Part shown: piece by piece, positions 1 to 8,659 of the stretch
Position numbering within the stretch: the stretch's first letter is position 1
How the letters are laid out: the number at the start of each line of letters is the position of its first letter
Assembly: GCA_963813405.1 (NCBI GenBank)
Contig: CAWEYU010000004.1
Coordinates: 324,814 to 388,813 of the forward strand
From: an uncultured Bacteroidales bacterium
Lineage (GTDB): Bacteria; Bacteroidota; Bacteroidia; Bacteroidales; VadinHA17
Direction of reading: 5' to 3'
Length of the DNA stretch: 64,000 nucleotides
Notes under the pieces: model-generated
What the model was told of the DNA's origin: nothing
The model's input: the letters and a program-made list of their open reading frames with translations, nothing else
The model's database searches: none
Position numbers and translations under genes: made by a program

Positions 1-221
1 TGAGTTATGATACCATAAAGAAATGATAGTCCGGCTCCTGCCGCATTTATCTGTTTAATCATGCTTTTAGTACATACCCGGTGGGAATAGTGAAGAAAGA
101 TATAAAATATTTTAGATTCAGGTATAGGGTTCAATGGCAACTTTCAGGTCATGAGTTTGAAAAGAAACAAATTTAGTAGTGGAAAATGTTAATTTATATT
201 AAAAACTCAAAAATGTGTGCC

Positions 222-1535
222 ATGAAAACTATTATGAAAGTTCCGGTAATTGCAGTTTTCCTTCTTGCGGTTTTTTCGCTCCAGACGGCTTCGGGAATTA
301 ACAAGGAGAAAAAGAAAAACGATCAACAAACCTTTACCTCACTAAAAGGAAAGGTGGTTGATAAAGAAACCCTTAATGCCCTGGTGTTCGCATCAGTTAC
401 TGTTAAGGAAACCAATATTGCCACTATTACAAATATAGATGGTGAATTCATTATCAAAGTTCCGGAAAATGAGACATCAAAGAGTCTCGAGATATCATTT
501 CTGGGCTATAAGAACAAAATTGTTCCAATAAGCGAAATGAGGAATAACGGATATAAAAATATAATTGCAATGGAGACAGCTCCGATCCCGATAAAGGAGA
601 TAATTGTCAAGCCTATTATGCCGAATGAGATAATTGAAAAAGCAATAGGTTCTATTAGTAAAAATTACCCGGAAGTTCCAAATCTTATGACCTCCTTCTA
701 TCGGGAGACTATCCGCAAAAACAGAACCTATGTTTCTATAGGCGAGGCAGTTGTTGAAATATTCAAAGCCCCCTACGTAAGCGACCTCAGGTTTGACGGA
801 GCTCGTATCTATAAAGGAAGAAAGAGTACCGATATCGAAAAAGTTGATACAGTATTATTCAAACTTCAGGGAGGACCGGTAACTTCTCTTGAACTGGATA
901 TTGTTAAGAATCCTGAGGCAATTTTGACCAAAGATGCCATGAAGTACTATGATTATACATTATCAGGAGTAGTTGAGATAGATAACAAACCTCACTTTGT
1001 AATTGATTTCATTCAGAAACCTGGTGTTGAAATTCCCCTTTTCATGGGCAAATTATATATAGAGACTACCAGCTTTGCAGTAACCAGTGCTGAGTTTGGA
1101 TTCAATCTCGCAAACAAAGAGGAAGCTGCATCGCTGTTTATCAGAAAGAAACCTCTTGGCATGAATGTTACTCCCGAAGTAGCAACATATATGGTAAGAT
1201 ATCGTGAGCAGGGTGGGAAGTATTACTTTGCATATTCAAGAGCTGAAGTAAAATTCAAAGTCAGCTGGAAGAAGAGACTTTTTCACACAAACTACACAAC
1301 TATGTCTGAAATTGCCGTAACTGACAGAACTGACCAGGAAGTTATTAAATTTGCAGGAAAGGATAAGATAAAATACTCTGACGTCTTTTCGGACAAAGTA
1401 TCGGCATTTACAGATCCGGAATACTGGGGAGAATATAATGTTATCGAACCCGATCAGAGTATTGAATCGGCTATAAGGAGACTTGCAAGAAAACTAAAAT
1501 TCAGCGACAGACAGGGACAAAGCAGTGAAAATTAA
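222..1535 (+). CDS. Exported CarboxypepD_reg-like domain protein without TonB plug or barrel
   Basis: ORF 186..1535. A signal-peptide-like MKTIMKVPVIAVFLLAVFSLQTASG starts at ATG 222. LKGKVVDKET...ITNIDGEFIIKV fits the carboxypeptidase-regulatory-like fold pattern. The C-terminal ~300 aa is paralogous to ORF 3437..4633 (FYRETIRKN vs FYREAVIKK; IDFIQKPGVEIPLFMGKLYI vs IEFVQKPGIEIPLFKGSIYI). Confidence 0.7.
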   Translation: MKTIMKVPVIAVFLLAVFSLQTASGINKEKKKNDQQTFTSLKGKVVDKETLNALVFASVTVKETNIATITNIDGEFIIKVPENETSKSLEISFLGYKNKIVPISEMRNNGYKNIIAMETAPIPIKEIIVKPIMPNEIIEKAIGSISKNYPEVPNLMTSFYRETIRKNRTYVSIGEAVVEIFKAPYVSDLRFDGARIYKGRKSTDIEKVDTVLFKLQGGPVTSLELDIVKNPEAILTKDAMKYYDYTLSGVVEIDNKPHFVIDFIQKPGVEIPLFMGKLYIETTSFAVTSAEFGFNLANKEEAASLFIRKKPLGMNVTPEVATYMVRYREQGGKYYFAYSRAEVKFKVSWKKRLFHTNYTTMSEIAVTDRTDQEVIKFAGKDKIKYSDVFSDKVSAFTDPEYWGEYNVIEPDQSIESAIRRLARKLKFSDRQGQSSEN

Positions 1536-1537
1536 AT

Positions 1538-2068
1538 ATGATCAGGGATAATGAAATAATCGGGAGGATCCGGCAGGGTGACTTAAATCAGTTTGAAACA
1601 CTCTTCAGATCCTCCTATTCCTCCCTGGTTAAATATGCCAGGACTCTTATAAAAGATCATGATATGGCAGAAGAGATAGTGCAGGATCTATTCTTCAGAG
1701 TCTGGCAAAATAAGGAAAAAATAAAGATCGAGAGTTCTTTGAATGGTTATCTGTTCAGATCGGTCCACAACCGGTGCCTTCATTATATTGATCATTTAAA
1801 GGTTATGGAACGACATGAAAATGAGATGGCTGAACAGACAATCTATGCAGAAAACCCGGCGGATATACTACAGTACAAAGAGCTTCAGGCAAGAATAGCC
1901 AGAATACTGGAAAAGCTTCCTGAAAGATGCGGACAGATTTTCTGCATGAGCAGATATGAAGGATTAAAATATTCAGAAATAGCTGAAAAGCTTTCAGTTT
2001 CAATCAAAACAGTTGAAGCTAATATGGGAAGAGCACTCAAAGAATTCAGAAAAGCATTGGCAGAATAA
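1538..2068 (+). CDS. ECF-type RNA polymerase sigma-70 factor (Bacteroidetes expansion type)
   Basis: 176 aa. Region 2 (DMAEEIVQDLFFRVWQN) and region 4 HTH (RYEGLKYSEIAEKLSVSIKTVEANMGRAL) patterns. Starts 2 nt after the upstream stop. Confidence 0.9.
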   Translation: MIRDNEIIGRIRQGDLNQFETLFRSSYSSLVKYARTLIKDHDMAEEIVQDLFFRVWQNKEKIKIESSLNGYLFRSVHNRCLHYIDHLKVMERHENEMAEQTIYAENPADILQYKELQARIARILEKLPERCGQIFCMSRYEGLKYSEIAEKLSVSIKTVEANMGRALKEFRKALAE

Positions 2069-2076
2069 CAATAGAT

Positions 2077-3072
2077 ATGAATAACAAAGAAAAATATACG
2101 GATAAAGATTGGGAAAAGTTTGCTTCACTACTCTCAGATGAAACAACTTACTCCTCTGAAGAGCTTCACCGATTCAGGGAAGAAGATCATCTCGGTATAG
2201 AAAGACAATGGAAAGATATGGCGACAAACGGTAATAATAAAGAAATTGATGTGGATAAAGCCTGGGATAGCATATATTCAAGGTTGGAAGAGAGTGGATT
2301 GTTATCAAAAAAAGTAACTATTGAGAAAAGATTCAGAATGAAGACTATAATAAGGATTGCTGCATCTTTGCTCATAATTATCGGCCTTGGTATAACCATG
2401 TTATACCTGAATAATACTGGCGTTCTGTCTGGAAAAATAGTAGTTTCTTCAAGCTCCGGCGAAAGAAATAAAGAAGTCTCACTTCCTGATGGAAGCAAGG
2501 TATTCCTTAACCGTAACTCTGAGTTATCTTATTTTAAGAATCCGGAAAAGTCTTCCAGAAATGTATCCCTTAAGGGAGAAGCCTTCTTTGAGGTGCAACA
2601 TGATCCTTCAAGACCATTTATTATCAATGCAGGAAAAGCAAGTGTCAAGGTTCTGGGAACGTCCTTCAATGTGTTAACAAATAATTCCAGCAATGCTGTG
2701 GAGGTATTTGTCAAAACCGGAAGTGTGATGCTAAGCGATAGTTCAGGAATTCAGAACATAGTTCTGGAACCCGGGTATATTGGAACAATGGATTCAAAAT
2801 CCTCTGCAAAAGCTGTTAACGAAGATCCTAATTATCTCTCGTGGAATACTGATCTGCTCGTTTATAAAAATACTCTGCTTGATAAAGTCTTTGCAGACCT
2901 TAAAAAAGTTTATAATATTGATGTTGTTGCTGATAATCCTGAAATACTTAAAAATCCGCTCACAGCCACATACGAAAAAGAACCGGAGGAGACAATAATA
3001 CAGCTTCTTTGTACTACCTTTACTCTTAGTTATAAGAAAGATGGGGCTGTTTACCATCTCTCAAAAAAATAA
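2077..3072 (+). CDS. FecR-family anti-sigma factor / transmembrane sensor
   Basis: 331 aa. Single TM segment IIRIAASLLIIIGLGITMLYL. FecR core pattern LPDGSKVFLNRNSELSY...LKGEAFFEV...VKVLGTSFNV. Lies immediately downstream of the ECF sigma gene. Confidence 0.9.
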   Translation: MNNKEKYTDKDWEKFASLLSDETTYSSEELHRFREEDHLGIERQWKDMATNGNNKEIDVDKAWDSIYSRLEESGLLSKKVTIEKRFRMKTIIRIAASLLIIIGLGITMLYLNNTGVLSGKIVVSSSSGERNKEVSLPDGSKVFLNRNSELSYFKNPEKSSRNVSLKGEAFFEVQHDPSRPFIINAGKASVKVLGTSFNVLTNNSSNAVEVFVKTGSVMLSDSSGIQNIVLEPGYIGTMDSKSSAKAVNEDPNYLSWNTDLLVYKNTLLDKVFADLKKVYNIDVVADNPEILKNPLTATYEKEPEETIIQLLCTTFTLSYKKDGAVYHLSKK

Positions 3073-3087
3073 TTTACTACCTGAAAG

Positions 3088-4633
3088 ATGTTGTCATCCT
3101 CTGACCACATTATCAAAAGACTTTCAGGCATTGTTTTTTTACTTTTCATTTTATCTTCACCAGATTCACTGAGTCAGGTGAATATTCTTGATTCTCTGTT
3201 CACATTCAGGGCAGGAACAGTAAAAACGGGCAATGCGCTGGATATGATTAGTCGCCAGACAGGTTACCATTTTACATTCGACAGCAGGCTTATCGACCCG
3301 GAAAGAAAGACAATGATGTCATTCACCGGGATCAAACTAAGGAACCTGCTTGACTCTATCTTTAAAAATGATTCACTCAGGTATTCAATAATCAATAAGT
3401 ATATTATAGTATATAAATTCAGTCCTGCCCAGGTAGTTGTTGAACAGGAGTGTGTGGGACGTAAAAAATATTACTGGGCTTGTTACCGATGCGGAATCCG
3501 GAGAACCACTCCCTTTTGCCACTATTGCAATAATGAGCAAAGGAAAGGGGACCGTAACAAATAACAATGGGGAATTTGGATTAAAGATTACCCGCGATTG
3601 TATCGGTGATTCACTGCAGGTATCATATCTTGGTTATTATAACAGGCAAATACCTGTACGGCAGACCATTGATAACAATTTCGACATTAAAATGATGAGG
3701 GAATATATACCTATTCCTGAAATAATAATCCGGAATCAGGCTCCGCAGGAAATACTTAGAAAAGCCTATAATGCGATTCCGGCAAACTATGGAACGACAC
3801 CTGCAAATTTGACAGCTTTTTACAGGGAAGCAGTAATAAAGAAATCCGAGCTCCAGATCTATTCTGAAGCAATACTTCAGATCTTTAAAAGTGCGTACAC
3901 CGGTTCTTTGTTGGGTGACCAGATTAAAGTTGTAAAAAGTCGTAAAATTGAAAATATTGACAGAAAAGATACTCTGACTGTGCGACTCAGGGGTGGTCTG
4001 AACAGCTGTCTGCTGCTGGATGGAGCCCGCAATACTTTCGACTTTCTTCTTCCTGAAAACTATTCACAGTATGATTACCGTATGACTGATATAGTTACAC
4101 TGGATGATGAATCAGCTTATGTTATTGAATTTGTTCAGAAGCCGGGAATTGAGATCCCTCTGTTTAAAGGGTCAATCTACATTAATATAAACAATTTTGC
4201 TATTCAGCAGGCCGAATTTGAAGTAAATCCGAACTATATACAAAAAAGTAAAGAAGATTATGTCTCGTTTCAATCTAAAGGTTTCATTTTGTGGCCGGTT
4301 GATGTAAAATACAGCGTCGGTTACCGGAAAATTAATGGCAGATATTTTCTGAATCACGTACGAGGAGACCTGGTCTTTGAAGCCAAACAGAAGAAAAGAT
4401 TATTCAAATCTTCTTTTAAAGTATTCTTTGAAACTGCCATTACAGACATCAGCCTTAAAAATGTCTCAAGGTTCGACAGGGAAGAGATAGCTCCTGTTCA
4501 TTCGGTTTTCTCGAGGACTATAAAGAGCTATGATCCGGCCTTCTGGGGTAACCTGGATTTTTTGAAACCGGAAGATAATCTCTTACAGGCTCTGAAAAAT
4601 ATGAATGTGAAACTGCAGGAATTCACGAAATAA
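3088..4633 (+). pseudogene. STN-like N-terminal domain + CarboxypepD_reg protein split over two frames (3088..3564 and 3437..4633): frameshifted gene, sequencing error or recoding
   Basis: Frame 1 encodes a signal peptide plus an STN-like segment (ALDMISRQTGYHFTFDSRLI...LLDSIF...LRYSI) and then runs into non-homologous sequence. Frame 2 is closed by TAG 3434-3436 and opens at TTG 3437, directly into the CarboxypepD_reg motif (ITGLVTDAESGEPLPFATIAI...NNNGEFGLKI). It continues with the domain shared with ORF 222..1535. Confidence 0.55.
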
Positions 4634-4644
4634 TTGCGGAATCT

Positions 4645-5658
4645 TTAGTATTTATCTATCAGCCTGTATAATTCCGTCAGATCAGGTGTTAACACAATCT
4701 CCGTTCTTCTGTTCTTCTGCCTGGCATCAGTGGTATTGCGATCATCGACCGGCAGATACTGACTTCTTCCTGAAGCAGTAAGGCGTTTGGCATCTATTCT
4801 GGCACTCTCAAGCAGCACTCTTACCACTGTTGTCGCTCTTTTTACACTCAGATCCCAGTTATCTTTGAGCTGCCCGCCGCTGGGATTATACGGTACATTA
4901 TCTGTATGACCTTCAATGGTGATCTGTATATCGGGATTTTTCTCAAGTACACCCGCAAGGTTCTTCAGAGCACTTCTGCCATTTGCATCGATATCCCAGC
5001 TTGCTGTCCTGAAAAGCAGCTTCTCCTCCAGTGATACATATACTTTCCCGTTTTTCATAGTTACCGTAAGTCCTTTATTTTCGAAACCTAACAAAGCTTC
5101 AGAAACCTTATTTTTCAGATCCTGCACGATTTTCTTCTGACCATCCAGGATTTGCTGCAATTCAGTCATCTTTGCATTCTTCTTTTCTAGTTCAAATGAC
5201 AGCTCATCAAGCGAAGCCTTTTTAGCATCAAGGTTTTGTTCCAGCTGACGCAGGAGATCCTCTTTTTTCTGCAAATTTTCCTGTGCTGTTTTTAATTCTG
5301 CAAGAAGCTTGCGTGTTTCATTTACATTGCCTTTGATAAGATCTTCCTGCGCATTCTGAAGGTCGTTGACCTGTCCAAGAAGCTTATTGTAATCTTCCTT
5401 ATATTTGTCACGCTCTTTTTGTGCTTTCAAGAGCTCTTCCTTCATCGCTGCTGCATCTTTTTCCAATAATTCCGCTTTAGCCTCAAGCTCTTTTTTATTC
5501 ATCGAAAGACTTATATTCTCTGACTTCAACGCGTCTCTTTCATTGACGTACTGTTTGCTTGAATCCTCCAGTGACCTGAATTTTTTCCCCGGAACACAGG
5601 AAACAGAAAACAAAATTGTTGCTGCAAATAACAGAAAGAATATTGATGTCCTTTTCAT
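4645..5658 (-). CDS. OmpA-family lipoprotein with a long N-terminal coiled coil
   Basis: Signal/lipobox LFSVSC. A Lys/Glu/Leu-rich coiled coil. C-terminal OmpA/MotB peptidoglycan-binding pattern TIEGHTDNVPY...NWDLSVKRA...NRRTEIVL. Confidence 0.9.
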   Translation of the reverse strand: MKRTSIFFLLFAATILFSVSCVPGKKFRSLEDSSKQYVNERDALKSENISLSMNKKELEAKAELLEKDAAAMKEELLKAQKERDKYKEDYNKLLGQVNDLQNAQEDLIKGNVNETRKLLAELKTAQENLQKKEDLLRQLEQNLDAKKASLDELSFELEKKNAKMTELQQILDGQKKIVQDLKNKVSEALLGFENKGLTVTMKNGKVYVSLEEKLLFRTASWDIDANGRSALKNLAGVLEKNPDIQITIEGHTDNVPYNPSGGQLKDNWDLSVKRATTVVRVLLESARIDAKRLTASGRSQYLPVDDRNTTDARQKNRRTEIVLTPDLTELYRLIDKY

Positions 5659-5785
5659 GATAATAAGTGATTACATTGATTACAACCTCTTTTCCCATGC
5701 TTTATTGTAAGAGAATGGGATAATATGTAACAAAAATAAGAAAATCCCGAGTCTGGCTGAACAATCTCATAGGAATAATAATTAT

Positions 5786-5793
5786 TATCTTTG
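5786..5793 (+). promoter_or_regulatory. Candidate Bacteroidetes -7 promoter element (TAtcTTTG) for dxs
   Basis: Exact match to the TAnnTTTG consensus, 28 nt upstream of ATG 5822. Confidence 0.4.
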
Positions 5794-5821
5794 CACCCGC
5801 AATTGTTATAAACGGACAAAG

Positions 5822-7789
5822 ATGATTACTGAGGATAGCCTGTTAGACAAAATTTCTTCACCAGCCGATTTAAGGAAGCTGGATGCTTCAGATCTTGTCA
5901 GGCTGAGTGCTGAGCTTCGTCAGTTCATTATTGACGAGGTAAGTTCAAATCCGGGCCATTTGGGAGCAAGTCTTGGTGTAGTGGAACTCACTGTGGCACT
6001 TCATTATGTATTCAATACTCCTTATGATAAAATAATATGGGATGTCGGACATCAGGCATACGGCCATAAAATACTTACCGGAAGAAAAGATAGTTTCAAT
6101 ACAAACAGGAAATATAAAGGTATCAGCGGATTTCCAAGAATGTCGGAAAGTGAATATGATTCTTTTGGTGTGGGACATTCATCCACCTCCATTTCTGCTG
6201 CTTTAGGTATGGCAGTGGCAGCTCAGAGAAAGGGTGAAAACAGAAATGTGGTTGCAATAATAGGAGATGGAGCGATGACTGCAGGACTTGCTTTTGAGGG
6301 ACTGAACAATGCCGGCATGGAAAAATCCAACATTATCGTAATTCTGAACGATAACAATATGGCTATCGATGCAAATGTTGGAGCCCTTAAGGAATACCTG
6401 CTCGACATCACAACCAGTAAAACCTATAACAGGCTCAAGGATGATGTCTGGAAATTCCTTGGTAAAATTGGGAAACTCGGGCCAAATGCACGATCACTGG
6501 CTTCGCAGCTGGAGGCTGGTTTTAAGAGCACTATCCTTGACAAGAGCAACCTTTTCGAAGGTTTGAACTTCAGATATTTCGGACCTATCGATGGCCACGA
6601 TGTTCTTCACCTTACTAATGTATTAAATGATCTCAAAAGAATACCAGGTCCAAAATTACTTCATTGCCTGACAATCAAGGGAAAAGGATTCAGGCATGCT
6701 GAAGAGAATCAGACCAGGTATCATGCTCCGGGTATATTTGATAAAGAGACCGGTGAAATTCTGACCCCGGCCAAAACTGATGGCCCTCCTGTGTACCAGG
6801 AGGTTTTCGGACAAACTCTTCTTGAACTGGCAAGAATGAATGAAAAGATAATGGGCATAACTCCGGCGATGCCGACAGGCTGCTCTCTGTGTATTATGAT
6901 GAAAGAAATGCCTGAAAGAACATTTGACGTGGGGATTGCAGAACAGCATGCCGTCACCTTCTCAGCGGGTCTGGCCACGCAGGGATTTATACCATTCTGT
7001 AATATATATTCATCATTCCTTCAAAGATCATATGACCAGATAATTCATGATGTCGCACTGCAGAATGTTCATGTTGTTTTTTGCATTGACAGAGGAGGCC
7101 TGGTTGGTTCGGATGGAGCCACACATCATGGATTTTTTGATCTTGCCTTTATGCGTAACATCCCCAACATGATTGTCAGCGCTCCGATGGATGAAGTGGA
7201 GCTAAGGAACCTTATGTATACGGCACAGCTTGGGAAAAACAAATCGCCCTTCAGCATAAGATATCCGAGAGGTCACGGGATGCATACTGACTGGAAGAGG
7301 CCATTTGAAGAGATTGAAACAGGAAAAGCCAGAAGACTAAGCGAGGGAAAGGATATAGCTGTTTTAAGTATCGGCCACCCGGGAAATTTTGTTCTTCCCA
7401 TAGTTGAGAAACTCAAATCAGAAAATATTTTAGTGGAACACTGGGATATGCGCTTTGCAGCTCCGATTGATGCCGAAGCTCTTCATTCTGTATTCAAGGG
7501 GTTCAATAAAATAATTACGGTAGAGGATGGTATCCTGAAGGGTGGATTCGGAAGTGCCGTCATAGAATTCATGAGTGACAACGGGTATGCGGCAAAAATA
7601 ACACGGTTAGGAATTCCCGATTATTTTGTTGAACATGGTACGCAGGAGGAGCTGATCGCTGAATGTGGATTTAACGCTGAAGGGATTGAGAAAACTATCA
7701 GGGGGATGATAGGTGTTGAGGGGAAAAAGGGAGATGGGGAGAAAGGGAGAAGAGGAGAAAAAAGACAAAAGACAAAAGTAAAAAGATAA
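5822..7789 (+). CDS. dxs: 1-deoxy-D-xylulose-5-phosphate synthase with an unusual Gly/Lys/Glu/Arg-rich C-terminal tail
   Basis: 655 aa. Characteristic GHLGASLGVVELT, DVGHQAYGHKILTGR, IIGDGAMTAG and GIAEQHAVTFSAGLA motifs. The last ~25 aa (GVEGKKGDGEKGRRGEKRQKTKVKR) are encoded by a polypurine tract. Confidence 0.95.
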   Translation: MITEDSLLDKISSPADLRKLDASDLVRLSAELRQFIIDEVSSNPGHLGASLGVVELTVALHYVFNTPYDKIIWDVGHQAYGHKILTGRKDSFNTNRKYKGISGFPRMSESEYDSFGVGHSSTSISAALGMAVAAQRKGENRNVVAIIGDGAMTAGLAFEGLNNAGMEKSNIIVILNDNNMAIDANVGALKEYLLDITTSKTYNRLKDDVWKFLGKIGKLGPNARSLASQLEAGFKSTILDKSNLFEGLNFRYFGPIDGHDVLHLTNVLNDLKRIPGPKLLHCLTIKGKGFRHAEENQTRYHAPGIFDKETGEILTPAKTDGPPVYQEVFGQTLLELARMNEKIMGITPAMPTGCSLCIMMKEMPERTFDVGIAEQHAVTFSAGLATQGFIPFCNIYSSFLQRSYDQIIHDVALQNVHVVFCIDRGGLVGSDGATHHGFFDLAFMRNIPNMIVSAPMDEVELRNLMYTAQLGKNKSPFSIRYPRGHGMHTDWKRPFEEIETGKARRLSEGKDIAVLSIGHPGNFVLPIVEKLKSENILVEHWDMRFAAPIDAEALHSVFKGFNKIITVEDGILKGGFGSAVIEFMSDNGYAAKITRLGIPDYFVEHGTQEELIAECGFNAEGIEKTIRGMIGVEGKKGDGEKGRRGEKRQKTKVKR

Positions 7790-7792
7790 AAG
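7718..7792 (+). repeat. Polypurine (GA-rich) tract containing a canonical G-quadruplex motif (7720..7747)
   Basis: gaggggaaaaagggagatggggagaaagggagaagaggagaaaaaagacaaaagacaaaagtaaaaagataaaag is almost all purine. GGGG-N5-GGG-N4-GGGG-N5-GGG. Confidence 0.8.
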
Positions 7793-7834
7793 TTTTTTCT
7801 ACTTTCGCAATCCCTTTGCAAAGGTGATCTACCT

Positions 7835-7918
7835 GCCCGGATGGCGGAACTGGTAGACGCGCTGGTCTCAAACACCAGTGGTAGCAATACTGTGCCGGTT
7901 CGACCCCGGCTCCGGGTA
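7835..7918 (+). tRNA. tRNA-Leu (anticodon CAA), type II with a long variable arm; CCA not encoded
   Basis: Manual fold. Acceptor gcccgga/tccgggt (G1-U72 wobble). D stem gcg/cgc. Anticodon stem ctggt/accag with loop cuCAAac. 15-nt variable arm. T arm gccgg-ttcgacc-ccggc. Discriminator A. Confidence 0.9.
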
Positions 7919-7933
7919 CTATTTTAAACAACT

Positions 7934-7969
7934 AAAGCCTTGATATACAAATGTGTCAAGGCTTTTTTC
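7934..7969 (+). terminator. Rho-independent terminator after tRNA-Leu
   Basis: 10-bp stem aaagccttga / tcaaggcttt, a 12-nt loop, followed by a T-run. Confidence 0.65.
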
Positions 7970-8092
7970 TTATAAGCTACTGAAACATAGCTGAAACTTT
8001 TTAAGAGTTTATAGCTATTATGTATTTATATCCCAAGTACCTTTAGTAGGTGAAATAAGGGATTTTTAGTTTAAAGAAGCTAGTATACACTT

Positions 8093-8659
8093 CTAATAGA
8101 TAAACTTTTTAATATCATAAACATCAGGTGCATATTTAGCATTAATATAGTGAGGGACTAAGCTATTATATTTATATACTAATGTACTTAATTCTATTTT
8201 CTCAGCGAAGAGCCAATTCTCAGGCATGCATTTGAAGCTTAGTACATAACTTCCCATATCATTAATTCCTCCTATTTCAATTGTCGCAACAACTCCCTTC
8301 TTTTCATTCTTAACCGTTTCGGAAATATCGAGGTTTAGGCAAACGGGCAAATAGGGAATAACAGGAAAAGTATTTTTTAATTTAATCCTTCTTTGTTGAT
8401 TATCAGCGGAATCAGATCTAAAAAAGCAGCTGTTATCACTGACATTGAATGCAAGCCAATTAATTACAGGAAAAGAGTATCCAGTTCCCGTAGAATTTAG
8501 TTGCCACGTTATGATAATTGGATCTCCAAGAATTAATTCAAAACAATATTGAGCATCAAGTAATTTTTTTTGTTTCTTAAGAAACAAATTGTTATTGTAT
8601 TTTAGTATAATTGGTTCTATTGAATAGAATCGGAGAATTTCCTGCTGGTGTGACTGCAA
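8093..8659 (-). CDS. Hypothetical cytoplasmic protein, very AT-rich; the true start may be TTG 8587
   Basis: 188-aa ORF with no signal peptide and no recognisable motif. The track start (TTG 8659) overlaps the upstream gene by 68 nt. An in-frame TTG at 8587 lies 4 nt after that gene's stop. Confidence 0.5.
   Translation of the reverse strand: MQSHQQEILRFYSIEPIILKYNNNLFLKKQKKLLDAQYCFELILGDPIIITWQLNSTGTGYSFPVINWLAFNVSDNSCFFRSDSADNQQRRIKLKNTFPVIPYLPVCLNLDISETVKNEKKGVVATIEIGGINDMGSYVLSFKCMPENWLFAEKIELSTLVYKYNSLVPHYINAKYAPDVYDIKKFIY

Noticed and set aside
1-62. A minus-strand ATG at 62..60 opens a frame (MIKQINAAGAGLSFLYGIIT) that runs off the left edge. It could be the start of a divergent gene.
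   Set aside because: Only 20 codons are visible and there is no recognisable motif, so it cannot be supported as a feature.
3475-3540. The frame-1 tail of ORF 3088..3564 contains a CxxC-x9-CxxC pattern (ACYRCGIRRTTPFCHYC) that resembles a zinc ribbon.
   Set aside because: The same nucleotides encode the conserved CarboxypepD_reg motif in frame 2, which is paralogous to ORF 222..1535. The Cys pattern is most likely a chance product of the alternative frame.
7621-7931. Two minus-strand ORFs (7621..7887 and 7698..7931) of 88 and 77 aa.
   Set aside because: They are antisense to the dxs polypurine tail and to tRNA-Leu and have low-complexity Ser/Pro/Phe translations. They are spurious.
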